Shown here: positions 62,300 to 64,000 of the stretch, piece after piece
Position numbering within the stretch: position 1 is the stretch's first letter
Layout: every line of letters starts with the position of its first letter
Notes under the pieces: generated by a model
Told to the model about the DNA's origin: nothing
What the model saw: only the letters and a program-made list of their open reading frames with translations
Databases searched by the model: none
Program-made: the position numbers and the translations under genes
Assembly (NCBI GenBank): GCA_011109175.1
Contig: RDEW01000007.1
Span: 927,261 to 991,260, forward strand
Direction: 5' to 3'
From: Dicyema japonicum
Taxonomy: Eukaryota > Animalia > Dicyemida
DNA: 64,000 bases

Positions 62300-63060
62300 T
62301 TTTTTAACAATTAAACAAATGTCAGTTGAGGAAGCCTGCTGCGTGGATTGCGAACGAGTTCCCTCTGAGTATGGCTAATTTTTTTTCTAAATAAAATTTG
62401 TTTAATTTTCTTTTTTTGCTGCCTGGCTTGTATTATTATGGACAATGACTTGTTTAATTATCNATATCAGTTGAGGAAGCCTGCTGCGTGGATTGCGAAC
62501 GAGTTCCCTCGGAGTATGGCTATTCCGATCTTTTGTCTTAGCCATAACCCTTCTCGTTGATCCCTTTTCTTTCTGGCAAGCAATCCTCCGAGTTCTTGCA
62601 AGAATTCAGCCGTCATTGGACCAACGGCTCCGGATGATTCGGTCGCAACAGGAGTAAATCGGTAGCGATCCCCGAGGCAAGAATATTTCTTGATTTTTAG
62701 GTTTTCCGCGGTCGAAGCAGCTGCTCCAGGTGTCTGAACAGATTTAAAAATGTTCGTGCTTGAGAACGTGTCTATGCAAGTTGCGTCCCAGACCAAAGAT
62801 CTTCCAGACGTGAAGGGGAAAAGGGTCATCCCGTCAGGTCTCTTCCCATCTCCTCGATCAAGAACCACTGGTTCAAGCTGTGCTGGGAAGCCTAAAGCCT
62901 TCAGAGCTCTGACGATCACATCATTCAGAGCGGCATGACGTGGTCATTCAGAGGATTAATGGGAAAATGGGAGTACATCGCTCAAAGTATGATTTGGATG
63001 TTGGAGATACCGGAAAATAGTGATTGATCGGTAATGAAAAGACATTCAAAAAGACTTAAG
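62300..63060 (-). mobile_element. CRE 3' portion (REL domain) spanning an assembly N
   Basis: RHAALND, DRGDGKRPDGMTLFPF, LVWDATC, KIKKY, ESSG, WLRQKIGIAILRGN; last ~55 bp appears twice, either side of the N at 62463. Confidence 0.9.
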
Positions 63061-63189
63061 AAGTTGAGTGTAGTCACTATTAACAGTTAAAAATAATAAT
63101 TATTCTTAATCTTGAAAAAATTAAGTTAATTTGATTGATTGACTGGTCGTGCGTAGCGCTCGGTCGCTAAATGCGCTCGCGACATAATC

Positions 63190-63540
63190 TAATCGAGCAA
63201 TGCCAAAGTTAGCGTCTTGCTATGAGCTACTTGATTTGAAAATTTTTGGTGTTTCTTTGTTACTTCTATTCCCTATAAGAATTGAGTGGCTTCATATGAT
63301 CCACTTGTCTCAGGTAGCGCCCAGATCCAGGATTGCGTGTAAAAGGATGATTTTCTCTCCCCCATTCCACTGTAGGGGTTTCCACAACTGCAAAAAATGG
63401 ATTTTTTCCATTTTTAAGGCTGGTACTGGATGAGCTTGTATGATATTGCAAGGACTCGGTTTCTCCGACAGTGGGAGTCGCACACGCTTAATTGGTTGTT
63501 AATTTTCAACTTGTTTCTCTCTTTATTCAGAGTTAATAAT
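63190..63540 (+). mobile_element. SINE-like element, diverged
   Basis: gagtggcttcatatgatccacttgtctcaggtagcgcccag..aaaaggatgattttctctcccccattccac..ggggtttccacaactgca. Confidence 0.75.
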
Positions 63541-64000
63541 AAGTCTGATGATAAATATGAGTGACTTGTAAAAATTCAAAGGAAGATGGAGGAAAAAATA
63601 TGATATCTCCTATAATGAATTTTTTCCACTTGGGCGATCAAATGAGGTAGAATTTGTAGATTCTCTCAAGAAAAGATGGATTAATTGCAAGAAATATTGA
63701 AAGGATAGTAAAGCTGCTTCTGCTTGGACTAACCATATATAAAATTATAGATCACATGTTGGGATTTTATTAACCATTGCACAAACTACGGAACGATTTA
63801 GTGACTAACAAAATTTAAAAATCTGACGTTTGTGACTAACGTACGTGAATGGCCAGATTGATGTAGAGTCTGCTGCTAACCGTATTGTCTACTCAAGAGT
63901 CCAAGTAAGAGCATCATGCTATCGGAGGTTATAACCGACAGACTTTGGATCATCAAACCTGTGAGAAAGTGATCTCTTACAAATCAATGGTCTAACTTTT

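Noticed and set aside
62323-62520. Tandem duplication of the CRE terminal ~55 bp as a biological repeat
   Set aside because: The two copies flank the single N at 62463, so this is probably a contig-join overlap.

Overview
AT-rich animal nuclear DNA, with no prokaryotic features, rRNA, tRNA or CRISPR seen. Recognisable genes are an HP1-type chromobox gene, a Diaphanous formin, mitofusin, a GT31 galactosyltransferase, a very divergent Bcl-2-family gene, a Tweety-like channel, Rab6, BBS1 and a multi-C-type-lectin type I membrane protein, plus a few orphan exon chains. They are split by tiny GT-AG introns, mostly 21-27 nt. Metazoan-type mitofusin and Bcl-2, a ciliary BBSome gene and ~23-nt introns together point to a dicyemid mesozoan (inference, not proven). 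Most intergenic DNA is transposon debris: RTE, I/Jockey-like, CRE and R4/Dong-like non-LTR elements, a Ginger-type integrase and its MITE, and Tigger and hAT remnants. The main unexplained structure is a ~310-bp SINE-like family with a G-U-rich 5' hairpin and no clear tRNA B-box. Its 3' end is a stem-loop whose arms co-vary across the SINE and several LINE tails. Many 1-nt indels in homopolymers, even in essential genes, suggest assembly error, so several 'broken' ORFs may be intact. Exon structures were reconstructed by eye and family assignments come from remembered motifs, not database searches.
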